From the IMG/VR virus record IMGVR_UViG_3300035188_000399, positions 13,546 through 77,545 of that record: a stretch of DNA of 64,000 nucleotides. The stretch is one strand, 5' to 3'. Position numbers and translations under genes: made by a program. The notes under the pieces were generated by a model. The model was not told where the DNA came from. It worked only from the letters and a program-made list of their open reading frames with translations, and did not search any database. The DNA is from a virus. Of this stretch, positions 29,532-38,324 are shown piece after piece; position 1 is the stretch's first letter, and every line of letters starts with the position of its first letter.

Positions 29532-30845
29532 TTAGTATAAAGTCCCTACATACATAGGTGTAACGTAATCATTAGATACGTAGTTATTAAAGTACATTGA
29601 GATAGAGTCAGATGTTCCAACTGTCTCAATGGTTATTCTGTTTGGATTAAACAATATATAATCCGAATTAGATGATGTATCTAAAAATGCTCGCGATAGA
29701 CCGAATGATATTATGTCAATATTTGATAAAGTGTCTGTAATATTTTTACCAACATTATATAATGCATTATCACTATTGGTTGATGTGTCTAAAATAGTTC
29801 TTGATGCATTATATTGTAATGCTACAATATCACCAGCAGTATTAGTATCTACAATGACTTTGCCTAAATCAAATATATTAGAATCCGCAGTTGATGCTGA
29901 ATCGCTAATTGTTTTACCAATACTAGAATTAACGCTATCTGATAAAGATGTCGTATCTGTGAAGATCTTACCAAGATTTAATAATATAGAATCACTAGAC
30001 GCCAATGTATCAATGACATCTCTAATTAAACTTAATAGTGTAATTATTGTATCGCCAATATTGAAGTTATCTAAAATACCTTTACCAATATCATTATTAA
30101 CGACATCATTACTTGAGATATTATCTTGTAATCCTCTGCCTACACTCTTAGAAATACTATCTGTAGTATTTGCAGAATCGATAATATTTTTACCTGGCCC
30201 ATTTGAAACTAAATCAATAGTTGCAGCCGTATCCGTAAATACTTTACTAATACTATTTGCGATAATATCTGAGATACTAAAGTCATCATTGTCATTTGCA
30301 TAAAATATTTCAGTTAACGCATCACTGACAGTAAAATGCTCTTCTACGATTTTATTAAAAGCCCGTGTTACTATATCAGTAGGTGAGAATGTTTCAACAG
30401 AAAACGTCTTAGTTAATCCAAAACTGATTATATCTACTGTAAGGAAATCAGCTAGATATGCATCTTCAGCATAACCACTAGCATAATAATCTAGATTACC
30501 ATGTTCTTCAAATGTGGTAGAAATATCTTTAGCGATAAATTCACCAAAATTAATACCATCAATGGGTACTTTACCTATATCTCTGAGATTAACGTCAGAG
30601 ACAGATAATGTATCTTTTGTTATTGAGTTTGGATTTAATACTACACTATCAGTAATCGGCAAACTATCAGCAGCTCTGGAGAAATATCCACCATATCTTA
30701 CTGGATCATTAATATCATATGTAATCTTTGCTGCCTCAAAAGCCGGTTGTGTTACAGGCTCAGTGACAATATAATTAGTAACTAATGATTTTTGATTAAC
30801 ACTAGTCTTTAATTTTTGTGTTATTAAATTAGTTTTCAGTTTCAT
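29532..30845 (-). CDS. Asp/Ser/Thr-rich protein with ~18-aa tandem repeats
   Basis: Repeats such as DTLASSDSILLNLGKIFT, DTTSLSDSVNSSIGKTIS and DSASTADSNIFDLGKVIV. Confidence 0.7.
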   Translation of the reverse strand: MKLKTNLITQKLKTSVNQKSLVTNYIVTEPVTQPAFEAAKITYDINDPVRYGGYFSRAADSLPITDSVVLNPNSITKDTLSVSDVNLRDIGKVPIDGINFGEFIAKDISTTFEEHGNLDYYASGYAEDAYLADFLTVDIISFGLTKTFSVETFSPTDIVTRAFNKIVEEHFTVSDALTEIFYANDNDDFSISDIIANSISKVFTDTAATIDLVSNGPGKNIIDSANTTDSISKSVGRGLQDNISSNDVVNNDIGKGILDNFNIGDTIITLLSLIRDVIDTLASSDSILLNLGKIFTDTTSLSDSVNSSIGKTISDSASTADSNIFDLGKVIVDTNTAGDIVALQYNASRTILDTSTNSDNALYNVGKNITDTLSNIDIISFGLSRAFLDTSSNSDYILFNPNRITIETVGTSDSISMYFNNYVSNDYVTPMYVGTLY

Positions 30846-31432
30846 ACGTCAGGTACAAGGTCAGTAAGGCTATATAAAAGCTCTACTGTACCTCTTACTG
30901 GTTTCCATGTTCTAACAAAATTAGATGGATTAGTCGGCTCTGTAACTCTTAATTCAAAGAATCCATATACAGGGCTATCTACTGTTGGACTCTTTTCCCA
31001 TCCTGTAGATATTGTACTAGGAAATCTAATGCTAATATCATTTAAATTAATATTTAACCATTTAGTAGATATTGCACTTGGAGTTTCATTGCCTGAAAGT
31101 AGTAAGAATTTATAATAGAGGCCGTTGTATAAAACTACATCATCGTAATTATATGTATTTGTCGATACCCAATTAGTTGGTGTACGAGGCCTGACAACAG
31201 TTAGTGGTGTTTGAACACCATTTAACTTGATAGTCGATGGTGCTTCTGTTTGTCCATCTACATTTAAGGCTTCTAATAAAACAGCTTCAAATGTATAAGC
31301 AAGAGATGCATCAGTAATAAAATTAAGTGTAATAGGAAATTCGAGTTGTTCACCTTTAATGAATGACCATAAAACACCACCACCATCCGTAATTAGATCA
31401 TCTGTTGCACTATTAAATTTGGATCTAGCCAT
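30842..31432 (-). CDS. Putative structural protein with small carbohydrate-binding-like insert
   Basis: WVSTNTYNYDDVVLYNGLYY resembles a CBM5/12-like motif. Confidence 0.55.
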   Translation of the reverse strand: MARSKFNSATDDLITDGGGVLWSFIKGEQLEFPITLNFITDASLAYTFEAVLLEALNVDGQTEAPSTIKLNGVQTPLTVVRPRTPTNWVSTNTYNYDDVVLYNGLYYKFLLLSGNETPSAISTKWLNINLNDISIRFPSTISTGWEKSPTVDSPVYGFFELRVTEPTNPSNFVRTWKPVRGTVELLYSLTDLVPDV

Positions 31433-31793
31433 TGCCCCTCCATTCCGATTTATCGGCTTTTCTTTCTAGTTTATCGAGTATTTGATCTAATTTCTTCCCC
31501 AGGCTTTCACCTAGGGTTTTAAGATCTTCTTTACGAGCATATTGCGTAGCCATTTGAGTTTCTAAATCTTCTAGCTTATCTAGCTTTTTAGAGATATCTT
31601 GTAGCTGTTGATTAAGTTCGACTTTCTTCACATAATCGTTAGCAATAAGGATTTTAACATCACTAATAGCCTTTGCAACAGAATCGTTATCTGCTTCTAA
31701 CTTATTAAACTTAGACATAAGTAGTCCCAATGCGGCTGTGGCAATCGTGCCTCCAGCACTCAATACGACATTTACCCAATCTTGTGCTTCCAT
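31425..31793 (-). CDS. Membrane-anchored coiled-coil protein (holin/lysis candidate)
   Basis: Start at 31793 after AAGGA. One N-terminal hydrophobic helix, then duplicated Y(V/A)(K/R)K.(E/D)L...KKLD coiled-coil units. Confidence 0.5.
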   Translation of the reverse strand: MEAQDWVNVVLSAGGTIATAALGLLMSKFNKLEADNDSVAKAISDVKILIANDYVKKVELNQQLQDISKKLDKLEDLETQMATQYARKEDLKTLGESLGKKLDQILDKLERKADKSEWRGNG

Positions 31794-31803
31794 TTTATTA
31801 TCC

Positions 31804-32588
31804 TTAAAAGTTGAAACCACGAGAAACCCGTTTCCCGCCCGTTTGTATTGGATAGAGGTATTCTGTGGCATATCTAATACCATCAGAAAAATGCTCTATA
31901 TTCTCCGACTTATCAATAGTCGCTATATCTAAGTTGCGGTCTGTCCATTTTGTTCTTTCAAGAGATAAAATAGTACCGGAACATCTAGGATGTACATACA
32001 GGTCTATTTTACCTGAAGCTGTTAATAGTTTACGATTTACTGCGGCTACACTATCGATAATAGGTGGTGCAGCCCTGTGTGCTCTACATATAATGCCATA
32101 TGTCTCTAGTATACTAAAGTCAGTACGGCCTACTGGAGCAGAAGTCTTTCTAGCACGACCAGAAGGATCTGGATATGCATATATCTTATGGCCTTTATAT
32201 TTTTCTTTAATAGCAATAGCCAGTGATTCTGTATCAGGATGCCCTTGGAACTCATCAATAAATTGCATTTGATGCCCTCTAAGTGTGAAGACACTAGAAC
32301 ACTGACGCATGACGTTAAAGTCAATACATATATGAACATCTTCACCTTCCATAAGGTCTTCTAATGTAGCATCAACATGTTTCTTACGATCAAAACAGTA
32401 GAATACACTATTACCTGATTCAGCAAATTGTGCTAAGTATTCTGATGCCCATGTTACTGGGTCAATCTTATCTTTAATCTTTTCTATTTCTTGTTGATCT
32501 AAGAATGGCGATTGTAAATAATCATATTGATAAAATCCCCAATCAGAGTCTGATTCATGATATGTAGATAGTGTATGAAAGAAATTAT
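31804..32588 (-). CDS. terL: Terminase large subunit, exon 2 (nuclease domain)
   Basis: YNFFHTL...SEYLAQF...CIDFN...YPDPSG...EHFSDGIRY. In frame with exon 1 after splicing (441 aa total). Confidence 0.9.
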
Positions 32589-33570
32589 CTTATTTGTTAA
32601 CTAAAGGTCGTTAAGCTTTAGTAGTGGTTTGGCGAGTATTAGTTAATTAATAATTTTTCCAAGTTTTCCCATTACGTATTGAGTTTATGGTGCCTTTATT
32701 AACACCATAAATTTCTGCTATTTCAGGATCTCTTTTCCCTTCAGCAAACATTTTACGTATACTTGGTATATCTTCCGCTGAAAGTTTAGCCATATGTTTA
32801 GCAATAAATTTGCCATACGCTACAACTACATCAGCTCTGTTTTCAGGTGTCCACCCTGTAATATGTGACCACCGATGGCCTTTGTTTATTTTACTTATAA
32901 GCTGTTGATTAACACCAAAAACTTCTGCAATTTCAGGACCAGAATACTTACCTGTTAATAGTAATTCTTTTATTTCTAAAACATCTTCATTGCACAATCT
33001 TGCATTAAAATGTTCTTCACCCTTTTTACTTACTTGTAATCCTGTTTCAAACGCATGTAATTGGTTTTCAGATTGCGTACACCACTCTAAATTGTTAACA
33101 CAATTATTTTGCTTATTTCCGTCAATATGATTAACTTGCGGTCTGTTATCAGTATTTTCAATAAATACTTCAGCAACAATTCTATGAACAGGCGTTATAA
33201 TACCATTAACCGATACGCGAGAGTATCTTTCAATATTATGTTTAAGAATTAAACCTGTTTTGTCATTTCTGATTTGACCGTCAGTATTTACTGAGTACAT
33301 TGTATCTCTATATTGTTTCCACATTTTACTTCTCCAAAAGTGCTCGCCAAAGCACTATCTATATATTACTATATAGAACAGACTATATCATCAACAATTT
33401 CTTGTTGTTCCGCGCTTCCCAAGGACTTCCTCAGTACGAATTTCATCATCGGTTCTCGACGGTATATTCTAGTCGTTACACTTTCAAAAGCATTCCTGCT
33501 TAAGCTTAGCTCGGTATTGTCCCATAAGGATATCCACCGAATTCACGGAATTTTAAAAGGTCATTTGTTC
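32589..33570 (-). mobile_element. Group I intron in terL carrying an HNH homing endonuclease
   Basis: P1 pairs AAAGGUU with GACCUUU, with U.G at the splice site. Core GUAACGACUA and GAUAUAGUCU elements. Terminal G at 32589. Splicing restores STPKG-Y-NFF. Confidence 0.9.
32647..33324 (-). CDS. Intron-encoded NUMOD4-like/HNH homing endonuclease with C-terminal HTH repeats
   Basis: VHRIVAEVF...VNHIDGNKQNNCVNNLEW..ENQLHA. Confidence 0.9.
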   Translation of the reverse strand: MWKQYRDTMYSVNTDGQIRNDKTGLILKHNIERYSRVSVNGIITPVHRIVAEVFIENTDNRPQVNHIDGNKQNNCVNNLEWCTQSENQLHAFETGLQVSKKGEEHFNARLCNEDVLEIKELLLTGKYSGPEIAEVFGVNQQLISKINKGHRWSHITGWTPENRADVVVAYGKFIAKHMAKLSAEDIPSIRKMFAEGKRDPEIAEIYGVNKGTINSIRNGKTWKNY

Positions 33571-34111
33571 AACCTTTAGGTGTACTAATAACTAATGAAC
33601 GTCCAGGACTTCTAGCACCATAACTTAATGCTCTTTTATTAGACCATCTAGTGGCAATAGTAGGCTGTATTACAGACATCCATGCATCTTCAGCACCAAG
33701 ACCTTTGGTACATGATGATATCTCATCCCATACGACAAAATAAGAACCCTTGCCACGCATACGTTCTACTGATTCATATGATAATAATCTTAATTCAACA
33801 TTATTAGCGAACCAAAATCGTCCTAAGTCACGGGACATTTTGATAGCATAGTCTTCCATTCCCAAGTCGTATGCTATTAAAGGAAAATAAATATCCTTTA
33901 CTTGATCATAAGTAGGAGCAATGATGTACACTGTCTTATTAGGCACCTTAGCTGCTAGCTCGAGTAATTCAAATACAGCTGTAACTGCACACACAGCAGC
34001 CATATATGATTTACCCCAACCCCTAGCGCAACACACTACGGCATATCTTAATTTCTGCTCTACAAATAAATGTTTATATATTTCAGATTGTGCTGGATGA
34101 AGGTTAATCAT
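33571..34111 (-). CDS. terL: Terminase large subunit, exon 1 (ATPase)
   Basis: Walker A ARGWGKS, IIAPTYDQ, Walker B VVWDE, and ISTPKG. Confidence 0.92.
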
Positions 34112-34232
34112 ATAATACTAAGTCAATGAGATCGTTTAAAACGCATATACCTAAATACATCAATACAACAATAACCCATGTTGATGTCTCTAAAAAGGCA
34201 TATGATGCAAACATAATTAAATTAGTAAACAT
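34104..34232 (-). CDS. Small membrane protein, 42 aa
   Basis: MFTNLIMFASYAFLETSTWVIVVLMYLGICVLNDLIDLVLYD, with TAATG coupling. Confidence 0.45.
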   Translation of the reverse strand: MFTNLIMFASYAFLETSTWVIVVLMYLGICVLNDLIDLVLYD

Positions 34233-34387
34233 TATAATGTAATCCAAATCAATAATAATATCGCTACTGCTGTCTGACATAGTAGGGCCTTAATCGCTAG
34301 TTGTTCGTTTTTAGGGATAAAATAAATTGTTAACATCATCAATGCTACTTGTGAGAACACAAATAACAGTTGAGCATTTTCACTCAT
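34232..34387 (-). CDS. Small two-TM membrane protein, 51 aa
   Basis: MSENAQLLFVFSQVALMMLTIYFIPKNEQLAIKALLCQTAVAILLLIWITL; overlaps the TerS stop. Confidence 0.5.
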   Translation of the reverse strand: MSENAQLLFVFSQVALMMLTIYFIPKNEQLAIKALLCQTAVAILLLIWITL

Positions 34388-34814
34388 AATCTTCGTCGTC
34401 ACTATCATTATACTCCCCTATAACATGTGTGTCACCTTCTCTAGTTAAATTAATAACTAATGGGGATCTCATTTTATCTTCTATGATATTAGTCTCTGGA
34501 ACACGTCCATATTTATAACGCAACAGTTTATCTGACACAGCTGTCATCTTATCTATTAAATTCATATGTGTCTGTTCATTATACCATTTAGTCTTACCTG
34601 TAGATGTTAATGGTACTATTTTATTATCACGCCAGTCATTATAATATTGTAATTGTTCTTCTAAGAATCTATACTGGTGTACTAATGCTTCAATAGGATC
34701 AAACCCTAAATCTTTAAGCTTAGCTACACTCAAACGTCCACCAGCAGTTAAATTACTCAGACGTTGTATCTTGACACCATCTTCTCTCTTCAGTGGCTTT
34801 GTCTGTGTGTCCAT
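34380..34814 (-). CDS. Terminase small subunit (putative)
   Basis: LGFDPIEALV...KLLRYKY helical pattern, acidic tail, first gene of the terL operon. Confidence 0.6.
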   Translation of the reverse strand: MDTQTKPLKREDGVKIQRLSNLTAGGRLSVAKLKDLGFDPIEALVHQYRFLEEQLQYYNDWRDNKIVPLTSTGKTKWYNEQTHMNLIDKMTAVSDKLLRYKYGRVPETNIIEDKMRSPLVINLTREGDTHVIGEYNDSDDEDYE

Positions 34815-34900
34815 AGTTTACTCACATTTCAGTTTGCATTCAATGAGTTACGTCTCCGTAGCCCTCTATTTTAAAAATTAACAATTATTTATTATTAATC

Positions 34901-34920
34901 TTAGGGTTAATTTAACGGGG
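34901..34920 (-). promoter_or_regulatory. Class A repeated motif
   Basis: Exact 20-nt copy upstream of the terminase operon. Confidence 0.65.
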
Positions 34921-35056
34921 TTTTATATATGTTTCTGCGCCTGTGCCCCTTGGATAAAGTCAGGAGATCCCTTAAGGTATATATCTATTAGTTAATTATT
35001 AATGATTAATAACTAAGGACTAACAACTAAGGGATAATAAATCAGGGGGAGCGGCT

Positions 35057-35076
35057 TTAGGGTTAATTTAACGGGG
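35057..35076 (-). promoter_or_regulatory. Class A repeated motif
   Basis: Exact 20-nt copy, in tandem with 34901. Confidence 0.65.
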
Positions 35077-35082
35077 TCTGGA

Positions 35083-35286
35083 CTATACGACAATATAGAA
35101 AGTTGATCGAGAAGATCGACAATAAGAACCATCACTCATATACCAATTAAATTCTGTTTCTATGCCCATTGGTGGTAGTATATCTTTATTTTCTCCTGTA
35201 ATAACTACTGTTGGTGATTTATATGCTACCTGTAATGTTCTACCGATAGTGTCTGTTATTGTACTGCCTAATATTATATCGTTCAT
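35083..35286 (-). CDS. Hypothetical protein (possible ~55-aa repeat family member)
   Basis: IILGSTITDTIGRTLQV...WYMSDG. Confidence 0.5.
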   Translation of the reverse strand: MNDIILGSTITDTIGRTLQVAYKSPTVVITGENKDILPPMGIETEFNWYMSDGSYCRSSRSTFYIVV

Positions 35287-35633
35287 TTTTTGAAAAACTC
35301 CCCATAAAGTGATTCTGTTCTTTCTACCCATGCTACATGCGCTTCATATTCTGTATCAAATTGCCCAATATAATATGTTTTATTCTCATATCTAACTTGA
35401 GATATCCATTTATTTCTACGTTTACACCAATAAACACCTTTATACTGGCTTGATGTGTCATCGCCATTAGACTTTTTCCATTTCTTTCTATTACGACAAT
35501 TCTCTGCATGTGTAGCTAATCGTAAATTTGATAAGTCATCATTCATATTATCTTGGTCTATATGGTCAATTTCATAACCTTCTGGAATTGGTCCATATGC
35601 TGCAATCCAAATTTTACGTGTTTTGTTACTCAT
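35283..35633 (-). CDS. Free-standing HNH endonuclease with AP2-like domain
   Basis: GPIPEGYEIDHIDQDNMNDDLSNLRLAT..EN and SQYKGVYW...YIGQFDTEYEA. Confidence 0.85.
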   Translation of the reverse strand: MSNKTRKIWIAAYGPIPEGYEIDHIDQDNMNDDLSNLRLATHAENCRNRKKWKKSNGDDTSSQYKGVYWCKRRNKWISQVRYENKTYYIGQFDTEYEAHVAWVERTESLYGEFFKK

Positions 35634-35648
35634 ATTATTCCTTAAAGC

Positions 35649-35696
35649 AAAAAAAATAAGGGGCCTCCTACCACCCCGAAGGGCAGTAGGAGGGGT
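35649..35696 (-). terminator. Terminator (C-UUCG-G loop)
   Basis: CCTCCTACTGCCC-TTCG-GGGTGGTAGGAGG then a long T tract. Confidence 0.8.
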
Positions 35697-35700
35697 AAAA

Positions 35701-36063
35701 TTAAGAAATCTTTTTAACTAAATCATCTTCACTTTGTTCAGTAGAATGACCATCAAAAGTAAATACACGGGCTGCTGCTATAGAAGTGTTAGCATGAAAT
35801 ACACCCATAATAGGATATTTAACTTTATGGTCGTCACACACGCTTACAATAGTCACTAGTTCCGTGCCATCACGTGTTTCCCACACGTCGCCTACTTTGA
35901 ATTTAGGTTCAAACTCTGATTCTCTAAACCAACTCGTGCTATAGTTATTATTACAATAAGATACACATAAATATGGTGCTGCATCTCCTTTATGCGCTAT
36001 ATACACAATTTCCCAATCACCTGACCATCTAAAAGGTTTTACTTTATCGCCTACTTTAAACAT
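35701..36063 (-). CDS. Repeat-family protein (2 modules)
   Basis: FKVGDKV... and FKVGDVWETRDG...YPIMG...FTFDG...DDLVKKI. Confidence 0.7.
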   Translation of the reverse strand: MFKVGDKVKPFRWSGDWEIVYIAHKGDAAPYLCVSYCNNNYSTSWFRESEFEPKFKVGDVWETRDGTELVTIVSVCDDHKVKYPIMGVFHANTSIAAARVFTFDGHSTEQSEDDLVKKIS

Positions 36064-36422
36064 TAATGTGCCTCCCTAATTAAATCATATGTAGTTTTCT
36101 CGGTCTTATAATAAGAACCATCTGCATAAAACCAGCGACCTGTACAAGGTTCGCCTATTTTAGCCGCCCAGTAGTTACCATGACTATCGTTATAGCGCAC
36201 TTCAAACCTAGAGTCTTCTTGGTCAATATAGGTATGAAACACTTCTAGCTTTATTGGCATGACAATATCGCAGACTTTACCATCCCACGATTTACCATTA
36301 GCATGAAACCAATTAAGATTATCTGTAAAGAGATTAATGACAGCAAACCTATCATCTTTCTCATACATGACATACATACGATGTTGATTGGTATTTCTAT
36401 ACTCTTTACCTACTTCAATCAT
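36063..36422 (-). CDS. Repeat-family protein (2 modules)
   Basis: IEVGKEYRN...WFHANG...DIV and LEVFHTYID...WFYADG...YDLIRE. Confidence 0.7.
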   Translation of the reverse strand: MIEVGKEYRNTNQHRMYVMYEKDDRFAVINLFTDNLNWFHANGKSWDGKVCDIVMPIKLEVFHTYIDQEDSRFEVRYNDSHGNYWAAKIGEPCTGRWFYADGSYYKTEKTTYDLIREAH

Positions 36423-36796
36423 GCTATTTTCTCCTTTAATGGATAGTTGTTACGATTAGATGCTTTACCATCGCGTGAATAGTACACAACCTTTTGCCCA
36501 ATGGTGTTAGGGTATATAACAGCTAGAATTGGGTGCGTAACAAAGTCACTAGGATTTATAGCAGCTATCAACACTCTATTATTAAAGTGATCTAACCAAG
36601 TTTCGCCTGGATGAATGTCTAAACATGTATAATTAAACAGCAAATCTTTACCGCCTGTTTTACACTTACCTGATGCATCATATCCTGCATAAGCGCCTGT
36701 AAAGGGATACCGACCAATGTATTCGTCGCCTGTCCTTGCTACAATGTCAACTTTATTCATATCGCTGTCGCGATATATTTCACCTACTTCAATCAT
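36419..36796 (-). CDS. Repeat-family protein (2 modules)
   Basis: IEVGEIYRD...YDASG...DLL and IHPGETWLD...YSRDG. Confidence 0.7.
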   Translation of the reverse strand: MIEVGEIYRDSDMNKVDIVARTGDEYIGRYPFTGAYAGYDASGKCKTGGKDLLFNYTCLDIHPGETWLDHFNNRVLIAAINPSDFVTHPILAVIYPNTIGQKVVYYSRDGKASNRNNYPLKEKIA

Positions 36797-36951
36797 GGCA
36801 GTTTACCTCATTTTGAGCAATTAAAGAGTCCATAATTTCTGGAATAACTAATGTTGTAGTCATACCAGGAATTGGAGTGTTAGAATACACTGTGTTATCA
36901 AATATAATGTATGGTGTTCCCATTAGGGATATAAATAATAGTGCGCACATG

Positions 36952-37167
36952 TTATTTTCCTGTTAAACAATGATGTAGAATGTTATGAATAATGCGATTC
37001 TCTTCAGCTTCGTCGGCTGCTTTCTGGCTTATTGCCCTTAACGCTTCTAACTTGATCTCTGTGCAGTTGATTGCTGCTTGCAATTCTAATGCTGTTTCTT
37101 TTGACAGTATTGCTTGGTCTACTTGGAACGTGTACTCGAAGTGCGTGTCTGCTTGGAACAGTACCAT
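36952..37167 (-). CDS. Hypothetical protein
   Basis: ORF track; SD GGAG upstream. Confidence 0.5.
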   Translation of the reverse strand: MVLFQADTHFEYTFQVDQAILSKETALELQAAINCTEIKLEALRAISQKAADEAEENRIIHNILHHCLTGK

Positions 37168-37363
37168 GTTTTTTCTCCAATTTAGCTATGAATGTATGAA
37201 TATGATGTCCACCAAATATATCTCCAACCCATGCCTTTACTATAGGTTTCTTAGAGAACATCATATTGTTCTTGTACTCAAACTTATCACCATCAATGTC
37301 AACGCCCGTGAAGGCGTTAACACTATTAGACAGTAATAAGAGTATTACAGCAATTTTGACCAT
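37004..37363 (-). CDS. Hypothetical protein with signal-peptide-like N-terminus
   Basis: MVKIAVILLLLSNSVNA. The 3' half overlaps the next gene. Confidence 0.45.
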   Translation of the reverse strand: MVKIAVILLLLSNSVNAFTGVDIDGDKFEYKNNMMFSKKPIVKAWVGDIFGGHHIHTFIAKLEKKHGTVPSRHALRVHVPSRPSNTVKRNSIRIASSNQLHRDQVRSVKGNKPESSRRS

Positions 37364-37539
37364 TGGAATCGCATCATACGTGCGACTTCATGCCAAGCTT
37401 CGTAATCAATGGTGTATATCTTACCATCAACTTTCATTAATCTATCATTACCTTCTACATATAGATGCAGTTTAACAATGTGATCAAAGTTAAGAGCGAT
37501 GAGCTCTTCTTCTGTACTCTTAATTATAATGATATTCAT
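37345..37539 (-). CDS. Hypothetical protein
   Basis: ORF track. Confidence 0.5.
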   Translation of the reverse strand: MNIIIIKSTEEELIALNFDHIVKLHLYVEGNDRLMKVDGKIYTIDYEAWHEVARMMRFQWSKLL

Positions 37540-38009
37540 TCGTCCATCCCGATAAATTCCATACCTAATTCTTTACGAACTGCCGTTCTACACTCTAAAG
37601 CTTCTGCTAAAGTTCTGAATGTTCTTCCAGTTCTACTGCCCTCAAAGTTAATCGCAAAATCGTAAACGATCCTTTCATTTGAAACTCGGGGTTTAATGTC
37701 TCTGTACACACTTCTAATAGTTGTACCATCTTGTAAATATAAATTTTCAATTTTGGTGTTATTTCTATTATTGTCTACATACCCTAAATAATCTTTGCGG
37801 CCAAGTACAATGCCATGATGGTATGTCCATATAAGGCGTGCAGCTACATACATCTTTCCCTTGTGCTGTACGACACGATCACCTTTTGAACTAAATTTTA
37901 CAGCATTATGACTGTGTTTAAATTTAGCATCTTTCCAATACAAGCAACCTGTAATAGAATCATAGTCGAATAATTTTTTAAGCTCTTGCTGAATCATTTG
38001 TAATACCAT
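37536..38009 (-). CDS. Degenerate HNH-like protein
   Basis: LFDYDSITGCLYW...ARLIWTYHHG...YVDNNRNNTKIENL. The catalytic DH is replaced by GY. Confidence 0.65.
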   Translation of the reverse strand: MVLQMIQQELKKLFDYDSITGCLYWKDAKFKHSHNAVKFSSKGDRVVQHKGKMYVAARLIWTYHHGIVLGRKDYLGYVDNNRNNTKIENLYLQDGTTIRSVYRDIKPRVSNERIVYDFAINFEGSRTGRTFRTLAEALECRTAVRKELGMEFIGMDE

Positions 38010-38322
38010 TTAGTAGTGTTGAAAATTTACCCAAAGTAGGTAATGGATAAGTTGGAATATACATATTGTCAATCTTTATGTTAAATGAGCTTTTATCTCT
38101 AAAGCTTAGCCTTTTAGCAGGCCATTCACCATAATATATGCGCCATGCCAGACGCGCCATTGTTGTTTGTTTTTTATAACACCGTGAATTAACTACATAT
38201 TGTTCACCTTTTTTACCATTTGCAGTAAAGCCTACATATCTGTGATAACGATTCCATATTTTACCTTTGATAGGATCATAATTGTAATAACCATCTTTAA
38301 TCCAAATATCAAATTCTTTCAT
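37978..38322 (-). CDS. Degenerate HNH-like protein
   Basis: YDPIKG...ARLAWRIYYGEWP...SFRDKSSFNIKIDNM. The catalytic His is missing. Confidence 0.6.
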   Translation of the reverse strand: MKEFDIWIKDGYYNYDPIKGKIWNRYHRYVGFTANGKKGEQYVVNSRCYKKQTTMARLAWRIYYGEWPAKRLSFRDKSSFNIKIDNMYIPTYPLPTLGKFSTLLNGITNDSARA

Positions 38323-38324
38323 AA

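Noticed and set aside
31804-34111. terL as a broken pseudogene or intein-containing gene
   Set aside because: The in-frame stop plus group I core elements and a clean splice junction indicate an intron.
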